A DNA stretch of 64,000 bases, taken from assembly GCF_021869535.1 (NCBI RefSeq), contig NW_026262712.1, positions 105,462,001-105,526,000 of the forward strand. The letters are read 5' to 3'. Shown in pieces: positions 11,251 to 24,484 of this stretch (position 1 is the first letter of the stretch; the number at the start of each line of letters is the position of its first letter). The notes below the pieces were generated by a model, which did no database searches, was not told the origin of the DNA, and saw only the letters and a list, made by a program, of their open reading frames with translations. The position numbers and the translations under genes were made by a program. Source of the stretch: Mytilus californianus. Its lineage: Eukaryota.

Positions 11251-12093
11251 ATGAATATGAATATCTAAACTATTACCTAAGTCTGTAGAATACAAGTAAC
11301 CCAGATCACCTGATCACAGATGAACAACAAATAAATGAGGCATACATGAGTTCTGAACAACAGGTAACTGACATCCTAAACTCACATGCACCCATTAATA
11401 CAAGAACGCACAGAAAGAAACCACTGCCATGCATGAACAGCGAATTAAGAAAATATATTTATCGCAAACTTATGCTCTATACAAATTATACAAAACAACG
11501 AAACAGTAAGACCTGGGAAAAATACCGTAAACAAAGAAATTTGGTAAACAAACTTAAGAAAGACTCTATGAAAACTTATTTCTTAGAGAGATGTGCAGGC
11601 GGATCAAAATCAAGCGATTTTTGGAAATGTATAAAACCCTTCTTATCTAAGAAATGTAAAAATGTAAACCAAACCATCGTACATACAGAAGGTAACAACA
11701 TACTAAATGACACAAAACAGGTAGCAGATACTTTTAACACCTTTTTCTCTACAGTAGCAGACTCTATTAGAAATGACACCACATATAGAAAAGAAAATCA
11801 TCCAAGTATTCAAGAAATTGAAAAGAACCGAGACCAAGAAGTAAATTTTGAATTTGAAAAAATAACACCTGACAAAATTGACAAGATCATGAACAAAATA
11901 AACATTAAAAAGGCTACAGGAGCTGATGGAATTCCAGCTAAGGTTGTGAAGCTAAGTAAGTCTGTCATGGGGCCTCAAATTACAACACTTATAAATACAA
12001 CAATTGAGTATGGGGTATTCCCTATCAGACTTAAAGAAGCACAGGTCACTTCAGTATTCAAGAAAAATGATGCGCTTCCAAAATCCAATTACA

Positions 12094-12641
12094 GATAGAT
12101 ATAAGAAGAGTCAATGAGACAACTCTCCATCCAAGTCAAAATTTATAAAAGTAAACCATTATAGGTCAAAGTACGGTCTTCAACACGGAGCCTTGGCTCA
12201 CACCGAACAGCAAGCTATAAAGGGCCCCAAAAATTGCTAGTGTAAAATCATTCAAACGGGAAAACCAACAGTCTAATCTATATAAAAAACGAGAAACGAG
12301 AAACACTTATGAACCATATCAACAAACGACAACTACTGAACATCAGATTCCTGACTTAGGACAGGTGCAAACAATTGCAGCGGGCTTAAACGTTTTAATG
12401 GTACCAAACCTTCACCCTTATCTGAAACAATAGTGTAACATCACAACATAGAAAGACACACTATAAAATATCAATTGAAATGGCTTAACTCAATCAAAAG
12501 ACATATTAACACCAGTGAACATACACTGAACAAATAAATTTGATCTATGATACAATGTAAATACAAAATAAATAAACTAAGGGGAGAATAATAAAAGTAA
12601 CATGTTATACCGCTGTGAAATGTTAAACAATTTAAGTTTAA
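12094..12641 (-). mobile_element. ~550-bp twister-containing repeat inserted in the LINE RT
   Basis: Splits NYR/PVSV codons of the LINE. Near-identical family copy at 50035-50545 and partial copy at 48060-48260. Confidence 0.85.
12332..12434 (-). ncRNA. Twister ribozyme, type P5 permutation, core intact
   Basis: ACTATTG..CAGAT-AA-GGGT-GAAGG-[pal,pal]-TAA-GCCC-GC-TGCAA.TTGCA-CCTG-TCCTAAGT-CAGG-A-ATCTG..CAGTAGT. T1 CCT/AGG, T2 GC/GT. Predicted cut between 12388 and 12387. Confidence 0.75.
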
Positions 12642-14257
12642 GACCTGTAAGTGTATTATCTATAATATCTAAAATATACGAAAAAGTACCAGAGATCTAA
12701 ATGGCTGATTTTTTTTACAATATTTTTAACCCGTCTCTATGTGCATTTCGTAAGGAACATGGGTGCCAGACCACACTGCTAAGTCTTTTGGAAGATTGGG
12801 GAGAAGCTCTGGATAAAAATCATTATTTGGCTGCTGTTCTTATGGACCTCTCAAAGGCTTTTGATTGCCTTCCACATGAAATTTTAATTGATAAATTGCT
12901 CTCATATGGTATTAAGCCACATTCAGTCTCTTTACTAAAATCAAAGTTAACTGGTAGAAAACAGCAAATCAAAATTGGAAGCATTCTTAGCAGTTGGGCT
13001 GGCATGCACAAAGGGGTACCGCAAGGCCTTATATTAGACCCTATCCTTTTCAATGTATTTTTAAATGATATTTTTTATTTTATAAAATATGTCTCGCTGT
13101 ATAATTATGCTGATGACAATACTTTGTCTTTTTCAAGTCCTGATTATGACAATCTTATATCAACCCTAAAACCGGACTCATGAGCTGATTCTAATGGTTT
13201 AGAATAAATAAAATGCAAGCCAATTCAGACAAGTTTCAAGTGATTGCAGTTGGAAAGAAAACTGTTGACATGAACCCAGCAATTGAAGTTCAAAATTCAA
13301 AATTAACTTGTGAAAAAATAGTTAAATTGTTGGGTATAGAAATTGACTATCAATTAAAATTTCACATCCATATTGGAAATATCTGTAGAAAGGCAGCCAA
13401 GCAACTCAGTGTTTTAAAACGCTTAGGACCATATCTTTCTAGGCTAAATAAAATTACTATATTTCATACATTCATTTTAAGCAACTTTAATTTCTGCCCT
13501 TTGGCATGGCACTTTTGCTCGGAAACTAACACTAAAAAACTAGAAAAAGTGCAGGAACGAGCACTTCGTTTTGTCTATGACGATTACACCTCGTCATATT
13601 TGGAATAATTACAGAGAACTGAGCTGTCTTCCCTACAGATCCGTCGTATCAGGACTATGGCATTGGAAACTTTCAAAATTCTTAACAATCTAGCTCCCTC
13701 TTGTCTCAATAATCTAATAAATAAAAAACAAACTAATTATTCTTTCAGGTATAGTAACATTTTGGATATTCCAAAGGTAAGAACTTCCTCTTTTGGCAAA
13801 AACTCTTTTCGTTTTGCAGCTCCTACATTATGGAATAGCTTGCCTGACCATTTCAGGACTGAAAATAACTTCTCCCAGTTTAAAAGCTTAATTCAGTCCT
13901 GGAATGGATCAGAATGTAAATGAAGTGCATGCAAGTAGTATTTTTTTAATTTGTTCTCATAGCTTTTAATTTTTTCATTTACTTTTTAGTTGCTAATAGT
14001 GCTTTATGATTTTGATTGCTTTGCATGGCTATTCTATTCATTTTATGTGTGCTTATATGTTCTGCTTATATATGTATGCTTTGATTGCCTTGCATGTATA
14101 TCATATTCATTTCTATGTCTGTATGTGTATGTATATCTGTTTTATGGTGTGTGTTTTGTTTTATATATTCGGTGAAAAGCTCTCAAGAGCTTATGTTTGT
14201 ATGTTTTAAACCATGCTGAATCAAACTAATTTTTTCTTATCTTATCTTATCTTATCT

Positions 14258-15010
14258 GTCATGAATTGTATTTGTGCTTAGGGCGGCAACTCTGAAAAAC
14301 AGATATCCATTTTTAAACTATCGAAGCATGCTTGTGTGTCAGTACTTGTTCTTTTTCTGATAGACGAGAAAGAAGGACAATCTAACACAACGTGAAAAAT
14401 ATTCTCAGTCGCATTTGAGGAACATAACTGAAACTCATTGTTTGTTGTAAGATTCATTCGTTGAAGCGTGGCATTTATAGGCAGACAATTTGTTCTTGCC
14501 AAAATTTTTAGCCTTGTTGAGCGGAAGTCGTCAACGTTTGATAAATACAGCTGCTTACGTTTAATAACCACAAATTATTGGTACAAGTTTAAACTACTCT
14601 TTCCTAAAATATTGGATAGTCGCTTCGTTATCATATAGTTTATTTAAGATATTAACGTTTATGTTTCCGTTTCCATAATGGTCAAGACCCGCAGTCTGTA
14701 GAATAGTTTCGATATTTTCTATATATTTCCTTTCATTAAATTTAGCAGGTATAATTTCATTTAGGATAATTTTAGACAGTCGATTATCGGGCAGGTTTTT
14801 TAATCTAGCGCAGTATGCATTTCTTTGTCTATCCATGAATCTACTTATTGACTCCCAGCCAAATTCAGCTAGTAGCGCACATTTCGGGATATTCATTTTT
14901 GTTTTTAAGATAATTTTTCCCACTTTATATTGAAAACTTTCTAGTAATTCGATACATCTCTGGGATGACAGGAACCATACCGAACATCCATACGTCAGGG
15001 ATAAAAATGA
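14258..15010 (-). mobile_element. LINE ORF2 C-terminal fragment (RT thumb + Cys/His motif)
   Basis: LTYGCSVW...KIILK...ALLAEFGW, then ARTNCLPIN...CS...ENIFHVVLDC. Confidence 0.75.
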
Positions 15011-15879
15011 CTCAGGTTAAATTCTTAAATTTTTTGGCCATATTTTTTTTATTGTAAACTTCCGTAGACTCGGAGAAAATACCCGAAGAGGGCAACTAAA
15101 AACCAAAGCTGAAGAATACAGAAAATATGATGACCAAAAGGAAAAAACAGCAAAAAGACAACAGTCCTCAAACAGTACACAGAAAACTAAAGTCAAGCGA
15201 GTAGGTCGAGTTTTCATATCAATAAACATATGTACAGATTACCGCGCACATAACACGTGTTTCTGCTGTACGATCGAGACAAAGAGTTTATAAAGTCAAA
15301 AAAGTAAATAACGTTTTAAGCCAGTAATACATGATGATAATTCAATGCATTATTTTACATCCAGAGAGGCTGTTAAATATGGTTGATCCTTAAATTCACA
15401 TAATCAAATTATTCTAATTTTTGAAATGGACTTTGAGCATTACGTCTTTTTCACGATGCATGTAAGCACACACTATCATACTTATTTCCCTGTTCTAAAA
15501 ATTAGTCCAGTCTATTTGACATTGTTTTCTTATGAGTAAATAATTGTTTAATCTCACCATAAATGTCGGTGATTGTTCAGAGCGAGTCCTCACTTTACAT
15601 CTCAAAGCAACATCTTTGTTTTGACCGATACCATAATTGCTGTAGTATGGAGGTAAAAACTCTAATCCTGATAATCTTGTGATATCTACGAATAAAAGGT
15701 TTTGTCAGTGTTTTTCTTAGACAAATTTTGTCAATGAAAACATAGGTATCTTATTATTTTAATCCTTCTGAAATAGTAAAAACTCATGTACTAGGCGGAT
15801 CTAGAACTTTGAAATTATAATTAACTTTAAAGATGAAATAGCCACAAACAGTCAAATTTATACGAAGCCGGTTAGAGTC

Positions 15880-16420
15880 GGTGAAAATTTATTTTCGACT
15901 TAAGCTAACTCACACGACTTAGTAGCTCGTTATCACGATTTAGCTAACTCGTTATCACGACTAAGCGAACTCGTCATCGCGACTAGGTAACTCGTTATCA
16001 CGACTTAGAAATTCGTTATAACGACTAAGCTAACTCGTAATCAAGACTCAGCTACGTAGTTATCAAGACTTAAGTCACTCGTTATCATGATTTATACAAC
16101 TTTAAGTTAGCTAACCTTAGATTAACATTAGTCTTTATAACGATCTAGCTAAATCGTTATATAACGAGTTACTAAGTCATGAATACGAGTTATCTGATTC
16201 TTGTTAACGAATTAACTGATTTATGATATTCGATTTTTCATTATTACAGTTAGCTAGTTCGTTATAACGAGTCAGTTCCTCTTTATAACAAGTTATTAAG
16301 TCGTTATAATGAGTTACTTAGTCGCAATAACGTGTTAGTTTAATCGTGATAACGAGTAAGCAAAGTCGTCGTAACGATTTACTAAGCCAAGTCGTCATAA
16401 CGACTTTAAATTTACTGCAC
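15880..16420. repeat. Foldback-like element with oppositely oriented ~21-22-bp tandem arrays
   Basis: Left array of CGTTATCACGACTAAGCTAACT-like units (15900-16092); right array of the reverse complement (16150-16410). Confidence 0.75.
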
Positions 16421-17168
16421 CCAGGCGTCAACTGGCTTTTCTTAATTTCAATTGAAACCAACGTATTGATTATTTAGGTAGGGTTGTAAGTATCATTAAT
16501 GACGCACGGTAACATTATGTTTTCAAAACACACAAATTATATTTTCAAAGTAGTTTGATTTTTAAGTGTTTAAGAAATAGATATGGATACACTTGGTCGT
16601 TAGTTCAAGTATTTCCTCAAATACAAGAGAACATATTTTATGTTAAGAAATTTTTGTGTAGCACTTATGAATTAATAATAAAACTCAATATGAAAACTTA
16701 CGATTTCTTTTTGGAAGTCTGTAAACCTGATAGGAATGAATAACTAAAATACAATCCCATAATACACAATAAAAGAAAAATCTAATAACGTGCATCTTAC
16801 TTAAAGTTCTCACAACTACACTATTTTAAGATCTTTATTGTTGATTTCCGGTAATGGGCCAATGTGAGTATATATACATAAAACATTTGGATTAAAATTG
16901 AACTACTATTTAAAGAAGGTCGTATGATGAAACCTGGCCAGTTTTATAGCTATACAAGGTTCATACATGTATTTGAATTTTTTAAATATCCAAATTGTGG
17001 TTTCTAAACAAACGACAATACAATCACATTTTTTTCAACTATTCTATAGGGGCGACGATTAATGGTTTATTTTTTAGATTATAAGATTATGAGCAAAGAT
17101 ATTTCACATGTGGGGTCAATGATCTGAAAATTTATAAAGACGCCTCGTTTTCAAAAAAATAATCAAAT

Positions 17169-17323
17169 NNNNNNNNNNNNNNNNNNNNNNNNNNNNNNNN
17201 NNNNNNNNNNNNNNNNNNNNNNNNNNNNNNNNNNNNNNNNNNNNNNNNNNNNNNNNNNNNNNNNNNNNNNNNNNNNNNNNNNNNNNNNNNNNNNNNNNNN
17301 NNNNNNNNNNNNNNNNNNNNNNN
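17169..17323. other. Assembly gap (155 N)
   Basis: Run of N. Confidence 1.
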
Positions 17324-18202
17324 GATCTTTGTTTAATGTAATAAATTATACACATAAACATTAATAATTGAATGTACCGTTTCAGAAAAAAAAACATGAT
17401 GTATGAGTATTCATTTTCTTGTTTTACTTTGGACCCGTAGCAACTGCATGCTTTTTATGAATATATTCATTTCTTCTGTCAATATTACAACTTATTGTGA
17501 ATGCACACTTCTATGAGTTTGACTGTCCCTCTGGTATCTTTCGTCCCTCTTTTACGACTCATTTATTTGAATACAACAGCACTAACAAGTAAAAGCTTTT
17601 CTTAAAGCTAGCCATCTCATAGCTAGCGAAATTAAAATGTTTTTTCATGCAGAATAGCATTGCAAAAAAAAATAAACTGCATTTTTCCATTCTATTCGTT
17701 TTCAGAACCGGAAACAGCGCTTGCGCACACGTCGACAAAACGATCTTGCAACATTATGCTTTTATGAATGAAATATCTGACTAAAATATACCATTCAAGC
17801 TTAAATTTCGTTGAAATCCATAAGATTTGGAAGATTTCCTCAAATAGATATAAGAAGATGTGGTATGAGTGCCAATGAGTCAAAGTCTGTTTTAGATGCC
17901 TTATTTACATTCCAACGTAAATATTCTAAGCGTACGACAAAATTTGATATTGAGGGGGGAATAAGGCTTTTATCGTAATTACCCTTCAAAGCTAAACATG
18001 CTGAAATAAAATATTCTTTTGTGGGAGAGCGTTTATATGTTGACATGTAGATGTCTTTCTGTTTTATTATCATAGTGTTTTTATGTGTATACATGGTTTT
18101 AAATTACTCTAGAAAACATCAATTTTCAAATAAACCAATGCCAACAGTATTTTCGTCTGCATCGTCTAGCCCAGCGCAAAACCCCTCTAAATTATACCCG
18201 TA

Positions 18203-18338
18203 TTAAGGTTCATGTGGACCCTTTGGCTAAAATGGCTGTATTTTCACCTCACATTTTACTATGAGTACAGACAAACATGTTTTATCTGGAAAAGTTTTAA
18301 CGCAGGCATTTTACCCAAATGGTCCACATGAACCTTAA
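18203..18338. mobile_element. MITE with TTAA target duplication (Kolobok-type termini GG...CC)
   Basis: TTAA-GGTTCATGTGGACC...GGTCCACATGAACC-TTAA, with imperfect TIR extension. Confidence 0.75.
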
Positions 18339-20839
18339 TCAGTATTAATCTCGGGGAGGAAAGGGTGGGTGGGTGGGGGGGGGGATACTTTCTATAAATA
18401 TACAATGTGATAGGACGTGCCGCTGGAATAGGTCACATTTTTCAGATTGAAAATATGTGAATAGGTGGGGACAACTATCAGAAATATATGATAAGGTCAA
18501 TGAAGTTCCCATTACTTGTTATATGAAAAGCCCTGTGTTTTTTTACAGCCAAAAGTCTCGCTGTAAGTTAATATAAGAAATCTGAGCGTCAGATATGAGC
18601 CTCGCTCTGAGCAAAGGTGATATTTCTCTATTGTGCCGGAATGTGATTCTCGCCGGTTTCAGGACACAAAATTTTAAATCATCACGTACAATGACGTCAC
18701 TTAATTCTGCGCTTGTATTTTCCGAGGTATTTTCAAAGGCCATTATTGGAATCATGTCTTTCACCGGAAAAGATCGTCAATTCCGCACGCCTTTATGGCG
18801 TCATTTACCGGATAGAAGGCGCGCCTGTCTCTCTGCTCTATTAAAGTTTCAAGCACTTTCAGAATCGTCATTCTGCACGGTAATCTAGAAATAATTTATG
18901 TTCCGTAAGTACGTAATCTTAATTCTGAAGGGAGGGTGACTAACTTATTAGATTTTAATTTCCCAAATAATTTGTGCAGTATAAGATCAAACTTTTTCAC
19001 CCGTTTGCTCAACATGTGTTGGAAGTGACAATGCCTACATTTTGGTCACGTGTTGATGGAAGTCACATGACAGATTCAACTAACTAACGTATCCCGGAAC
19101 TGGCGTATTGTAAACAACATGAAGGATTTTAGAGGGATTTTCTGAGGAAAATGTGTTAACTTAAAACTATGATGAATGTCAAGAATTTGAAGGAAAATGC
19201 AGATGTGACTATTGTGACTGTGCTACTACTAAGCATTTGCCTACAAATTCTTCAAATGGTGAATCTGTCATCTTTCTTGTTGTTCCCGGCTGTGTTTTTA
19301 TCTACAAATGTTTTCCCTTTCGAGACTTTGGTATTCCACTTTTTCAACACACCGCACAAAACCAAACCAAACCAATATGGGAAAAGGTTACATTTTTACC
19401 TATGCCGCAATATATGAAAAGGTATACATTTATAAAATCTAAATTATATGAAAAGGGTGGGGTAACAGAATCCCAGAAGCACCCCCTATATATTAAGTAT
19501 TGTAGTGAAAAAAAAAGAAAAAAAATCAAACGAGCTTTTCTGTATTGATCAGGTCGGATATATTTATCAGGGCATAATTTAATAGGGAGACCCATGGTGG
19601 TGAATTACTTACATTCAACAACTACAGGATGGTTTTGATTTAATTCCTATATCATCAACTTTGTCATTACAACAAGAACCTATCAGTGTCGGAATACAGC
19701 AGTATTAGCCAATGAACATAAAACAAACTGATTGTATCATGGCATAATTTTACCACAAAATTTTTTATCAGATATTCGGAATCCTCCCGTTATATCCATG
19801 GTGTGCATATAAAAATTTGCCTACTAACCCTTACTTTTTTTATTATTTTGTTACATATAGTTTTAAAAAGCCATTTTTTAAAATTCTAATAAAATCCTTT
19901 TTATTTTAGCATTGTTTTTTAAAGAAAAAGGTGTCAATGTTTATAAAGAGAATTATTTCCCGTCAAATTTTCATTTGATCATATCTCAAAAACAAAAACC
20001 TTTCGTATTTTCTGCTTTTTAGTTTCCGTTATTCATATTTCTCTGGATCATGCCACTCGGTTTTTTTTTCTTGATGACCACACTTAGTCGATTTTTTTTT
20101 CTTTACTGGCCGCTTGTGGAATCACTCAGAATGCAATTTACGTTTAACAGTTTGTTTTAAAAAAGGTCAATCAATGCTCTCATTAATAATATTAGTAATT
20201 TCCGATAAAGATTTACGCAGCGTGAAAAAATTCTCTTGTCCCTGTAATGAAAAGATTTTAGACTGCTGATTTCCGACTAAAGATCACATACGACTATTTT
20301 CAATATCACTCCGATGTTCATACCTCTTTAAAAAAACTGTATACGATGTATACCTTGTTTGATGCCGGTCAATGTAACTTTTTCTGTCACCTGCATCATT
20401 TAATGCAGCAAGAACAGATCTCAATTCTTTTCCCTTGCGACCCATTTTGTTTACATTAGCTACAACGTAAATGCAGATGACTGTGACGCCATCACGCACG
20501 TGTAACATGACAATAAAATTAAGAATGGAAATGGGGAATGTGTCAAAGAGACAACAACCCGACCAAAGAGCAGAAAAAAGCCGAAGGCCACCAACGGGTC
20601 TTCAACACAGCGAGAAAATCCCGCACCCGGAGGTGGGCTTCAGCTGGACCCTAAACAAAAATGTGTATTAGTTCAGTGAAGATGGACGCCATACTAAACT
20701 CCAAAACATATAAATGAGCACAGGTATTTTCTACAGAACTACATATATATATATATTGATTGCTATTCCGATTGTGCCATGGAGACGACGGTTAAAAATT
20801 TGTTTAACCTTCCGTGACGTGACAGTCATTGTTATTTTT

Positions 20840-23390
20840 ACGACTTCTTCTGAACAGGTTGTATCAGAAACAACAAGAGAAAACAAAATTATAGATTTAT
20901 GTTTCACCATCTACCCTAATCTTATAAAGAAAGTAGAAGTAGAACCAGGAATAAGCGACCATAACCTTGTTAAGATTACTATAAATACAAATGCAAAAAT
21001 TCATAAAAAAACCGCCTAGGAAAATATACATGTATGAAAAGGGGAACATGGAAGGTATAAGATCAGACCTAAGATCAAAACTTGATAAGTTCAAAGAAGA
21101 CAGCAACAAAGAAGGTGTAGAAACATCATGGACAAACTTCAAACACCTTGTTACAGAATCAATTGAAAACAACATACCATCAAAGCATACTACCACGAGA
21201 TGGAATCTTCCCTGGATGACAACAGAAACTAAACAAATGATAAGAAAGAAACAGAGACTTTACAACAAAGCCAAAAAATCAAACGATAAGCAACACTGGA
21301 AAGATTTTAAACTTTATAGAAAAAAGTAAAAGAGCAACTACAAAGCAACCACGACCAATATGTCAAAGACATTTTGACACCAGAAGAACCAACAAAAGCA
21401 CATACAGACAGTTGCAGAGAACAAATATATGCTACAACCAATAAATTTTGGTCGTATATAAAAGGTATGAAAAAGGACAGTAGTAACATCAGCATGCTTA
21501 ATAAGAATGGTAAGGACATCATACATGCAGAAGAAAAAGCAAACATCCTTAACCAGCAGTACGAATCAGCATTTTCTGATATTGATTTTAACCAGTACTT
21601 AGACATACGATTCTATACAGATGTTGAATTTAGACTACCAAAATACCAAGACCTATTGTACACATGAAACCAATAAATATGTCGTTACCTGGAATTATCA
21701 AACAGCTGAAAAATATAAATCCTAACAAAGCAACAGGACCTGATCTGATTCCCTGCAGAGTCCTGAAAGAGACAGCAGAACAAATAGCACCATACTTGAA
21801 GGTAATATTTAATAAATCCATCAAATTAGGAACAGTACCATCAGACTGGCTCATCGGTAATGTCATCCCGATTTTTAAAAAGGGCGATAAAACAGATCCA
21901 GCAAATTACCGTCCTGTCTCTCTTACATCTGTCCCTTGTAAAATTATGGAGCACATCATCTTTAGTAGCATTATGAACTACCTGGATGACAACAAACTCC
22001 TGTCATCATACCAGTATGGATTCAGGAAAAACCACTCGTGCGAACAACAGCTTATAAACACCACGGAGGATCTAGCTAGAATAAGAGATAATAAAAGCCA
22101 AGAAGATATACTGATACTGGACTTCAGTAAGGCCTTCGATACAGTGCCACATCGCCATCTTGTACACAAACTCAGAAACAAGGGTATTGATAAGTACAAA
22201 GTAAATTGGATAGATAACTGGCTCCAAAATAGAAAACAGACAGTTCTCCTAGACGGCTGTAAATCACAACCTGCAACCGTACTATATATATATCCGGAGT
22301 TCCACAAGTTACCGTACTTGGCCCTCTTCTATTTTTGCTATACATCAATGACATTGGGGATAATTTAACAACTGGTACTAGCATAAGACTCTTTGCAGAT
22401 GATTGCTTATTATACAGAGACATCAAAAGTCATAATGATACACAAATATTACAGAAAGACTTAACTGAATTAGAAAAGTGGTCTATTGATTGGAACATGT
22501 CATTTAATCCATAGAAATGCTACGTTCTACAGACAACACATAACATCCGTAATAGAATTATAAGACCATACTTCTTACATTCTACAAAGCTGGAACTAAA
22601 AGAACATAACCCATACCTAGGGGTGGAGCTAGACAGCAAGCTCAATTGGAACCATCACATTACCTAAAAAATTAACAAAGCTTCACAACAACTGAATTTT
22701 GTTAGAAGAAATTTATATAGATGCCCTCAAGAAATTAAACAACACGCTTACATTGCTCTGGTTAGACCACATCTGGAATACAGTAGCTCAGTATGGGACC
22801 CCCATTGAAAGAAGGACATCAAACGTATAGAAATGGTACAACACAGGGCGGTAAGATTTGTAACCATGGCTACAACTACCAACCCGGCTCTATGACCGCA
22901 ATTATACAATCTTTGAATTGGCCTACCCTTGAAACGAGAAGAACAGCAAATCGCTTAATATTATTTCAGAAAATACTGTATCACCAAGTAGCCACCGAAA
23001 TTCCCAAATACAACCTCGTCAACAACGAGAAAACACGTCATAGCCACACAGTCAGCATCATGCAGCCACAATGCAACACCTCCGAATACGAATTCAGCTT
23101 CTACCCGAGAACAATCCGAGACTAGAACCATCTACCAGGAAACATCGCAACTGACACCGACTCGGACACTTTCAAGGAAAACCTCTGGTCACACTTCAAT
23201 CCCGAGACCAGAGATGCTGTAAAGATCATCCTTGTTTTTATCCTGCACCGACCACAATTTTAAAATTGTATATATTAATTTATTGTTTCGGTTTTGTTGA
23301 TCACAACTTGTACAGCACCTGCACTTGATGACACAGCATCAGCGTGATGGTATTTTTTCGTTGCTGATTAACGAAAGAAGAAAAGTACGT
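20840..23390 (+). mobile_element. 5'-truncated CR1/L2-group LINE, multiple frameshifts
   Basis: Endonuclease end IDLCF...GISDH; RT KATGPDLIP, NYRPVSLTS, LDFSKAFD, LFADD; C-terminal FSFYPRTIRD; GAA-rich tail. Confidence 0.88.
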
Positions 23391-24044
23391 ACTGTTCAAT
23401 CAATTAATAACAGTCTTTTTCTATAATGTGTTTAAAAGCTTGTTATTTTGAAACACAGAAGCAAACATACTTAAGTCATAATAATCTTTATTTTCTAACT
23501 AAGAAAACGTTTACAATACATACATGGTAAATTTATTCATCATAATCAGTAAATCTTTACCTTTTTTTTTTCACAATAAAACAGTATCATTAGTAAATTA
23601 AAAAAAATATACATTCGAAAATATATTGTCAACTCATTTTTGAAGTCAGATCATTAAAGAGAATGTAATCCTTTATCATGTGTATGTTCAAAAACGTTTG
23701 TAAATCATTTGAAGAAATTGAAAACGAAGTAGGCTAAAGTTTTTTTTTTATCTAACACCAATTTTCACCTTGAACAAAGTCAGACATCAAACAAAATTTT
23801 GTGTTACCCCAAATCTTCTGTATTACTCTAGAGAATGTTACAATAACGTTCCTTCCAAGAAATTTACATAAAATCAGATTCATACGCCTTTTCAAAATGA
23901 GTAGAATGCCAATTATGTTTTATTGAATTCCAATAATTTAAAAAAGATGAAACGTACAGATAGGATCAAAAGTTGAGTTGTTTTTCTAATCCTGCTTAAT
24001 CTTCATTTATGACAAACAAGTTCAACATTTAACGCAAGATCTGT

Positions 24045-24149
24045 GATTTATTGTAGAGTTAATCAAGTGTCGACAACATACTAATTGGTCCATAGATTTA
24101 TTGTAGAGTTTATCAAGTGATGACAAAATACTAATTGGTCCATAGATTT
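24045..24149. repeat. 50-bp tandem duplication
   Basis: GATTTATTGTAGAGTT(A/T)ATCAAGTG...ACTAATTGGTCCATA at 24045 and 24095. Confidence 0.85.
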
Positions 24150-24484
24150 GTTGATTCATTTTCATTACTAAGGTTTTTGTGTATTGAAGGTGTTATATGA
24201 TCTAGTAACCATGTATGAATATTAATTAAAAAAATATAGACTAAGGCAATAGGTCACACTTTCTTCGTCCAAAATCAATTATGAAAAAGCCATCTACATA
24301 AAAATAAAGATGATGCATGATTTGACAATCTCGCAACTATTCATACCCCAAAAGGACACATATGTAAACAATTAAAGATCACCGTTACGACATTCAACAA
24401 TGAGCAAAGCCCATACCGTTTTTCAGGTATGATAAAGTGTAAAATAATTGAACAGAAGTAATCAGCGGACTTATTTATACCCAA

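Larger units (their letters stand above)
11255..14257 (+). mobile_element. 5'-truncated CR1/L2-group LINE, frameshifted, with nested insertion
   Basis: RT motifs KKATGADGI, NYR|PVS, MDLSKAFD, GVPQG, YADD, KLLG. TG-rich 3' UTR and (CTTAT)n tail at ~14235-14257. Confidence 0.88.

Noticed and set aside
15900-16400. Regularly spaced repeats as a CRISPR array
   Set aside because: Eukaryotic context, degenerate contiguous units without unique spacers, and no cas genes.
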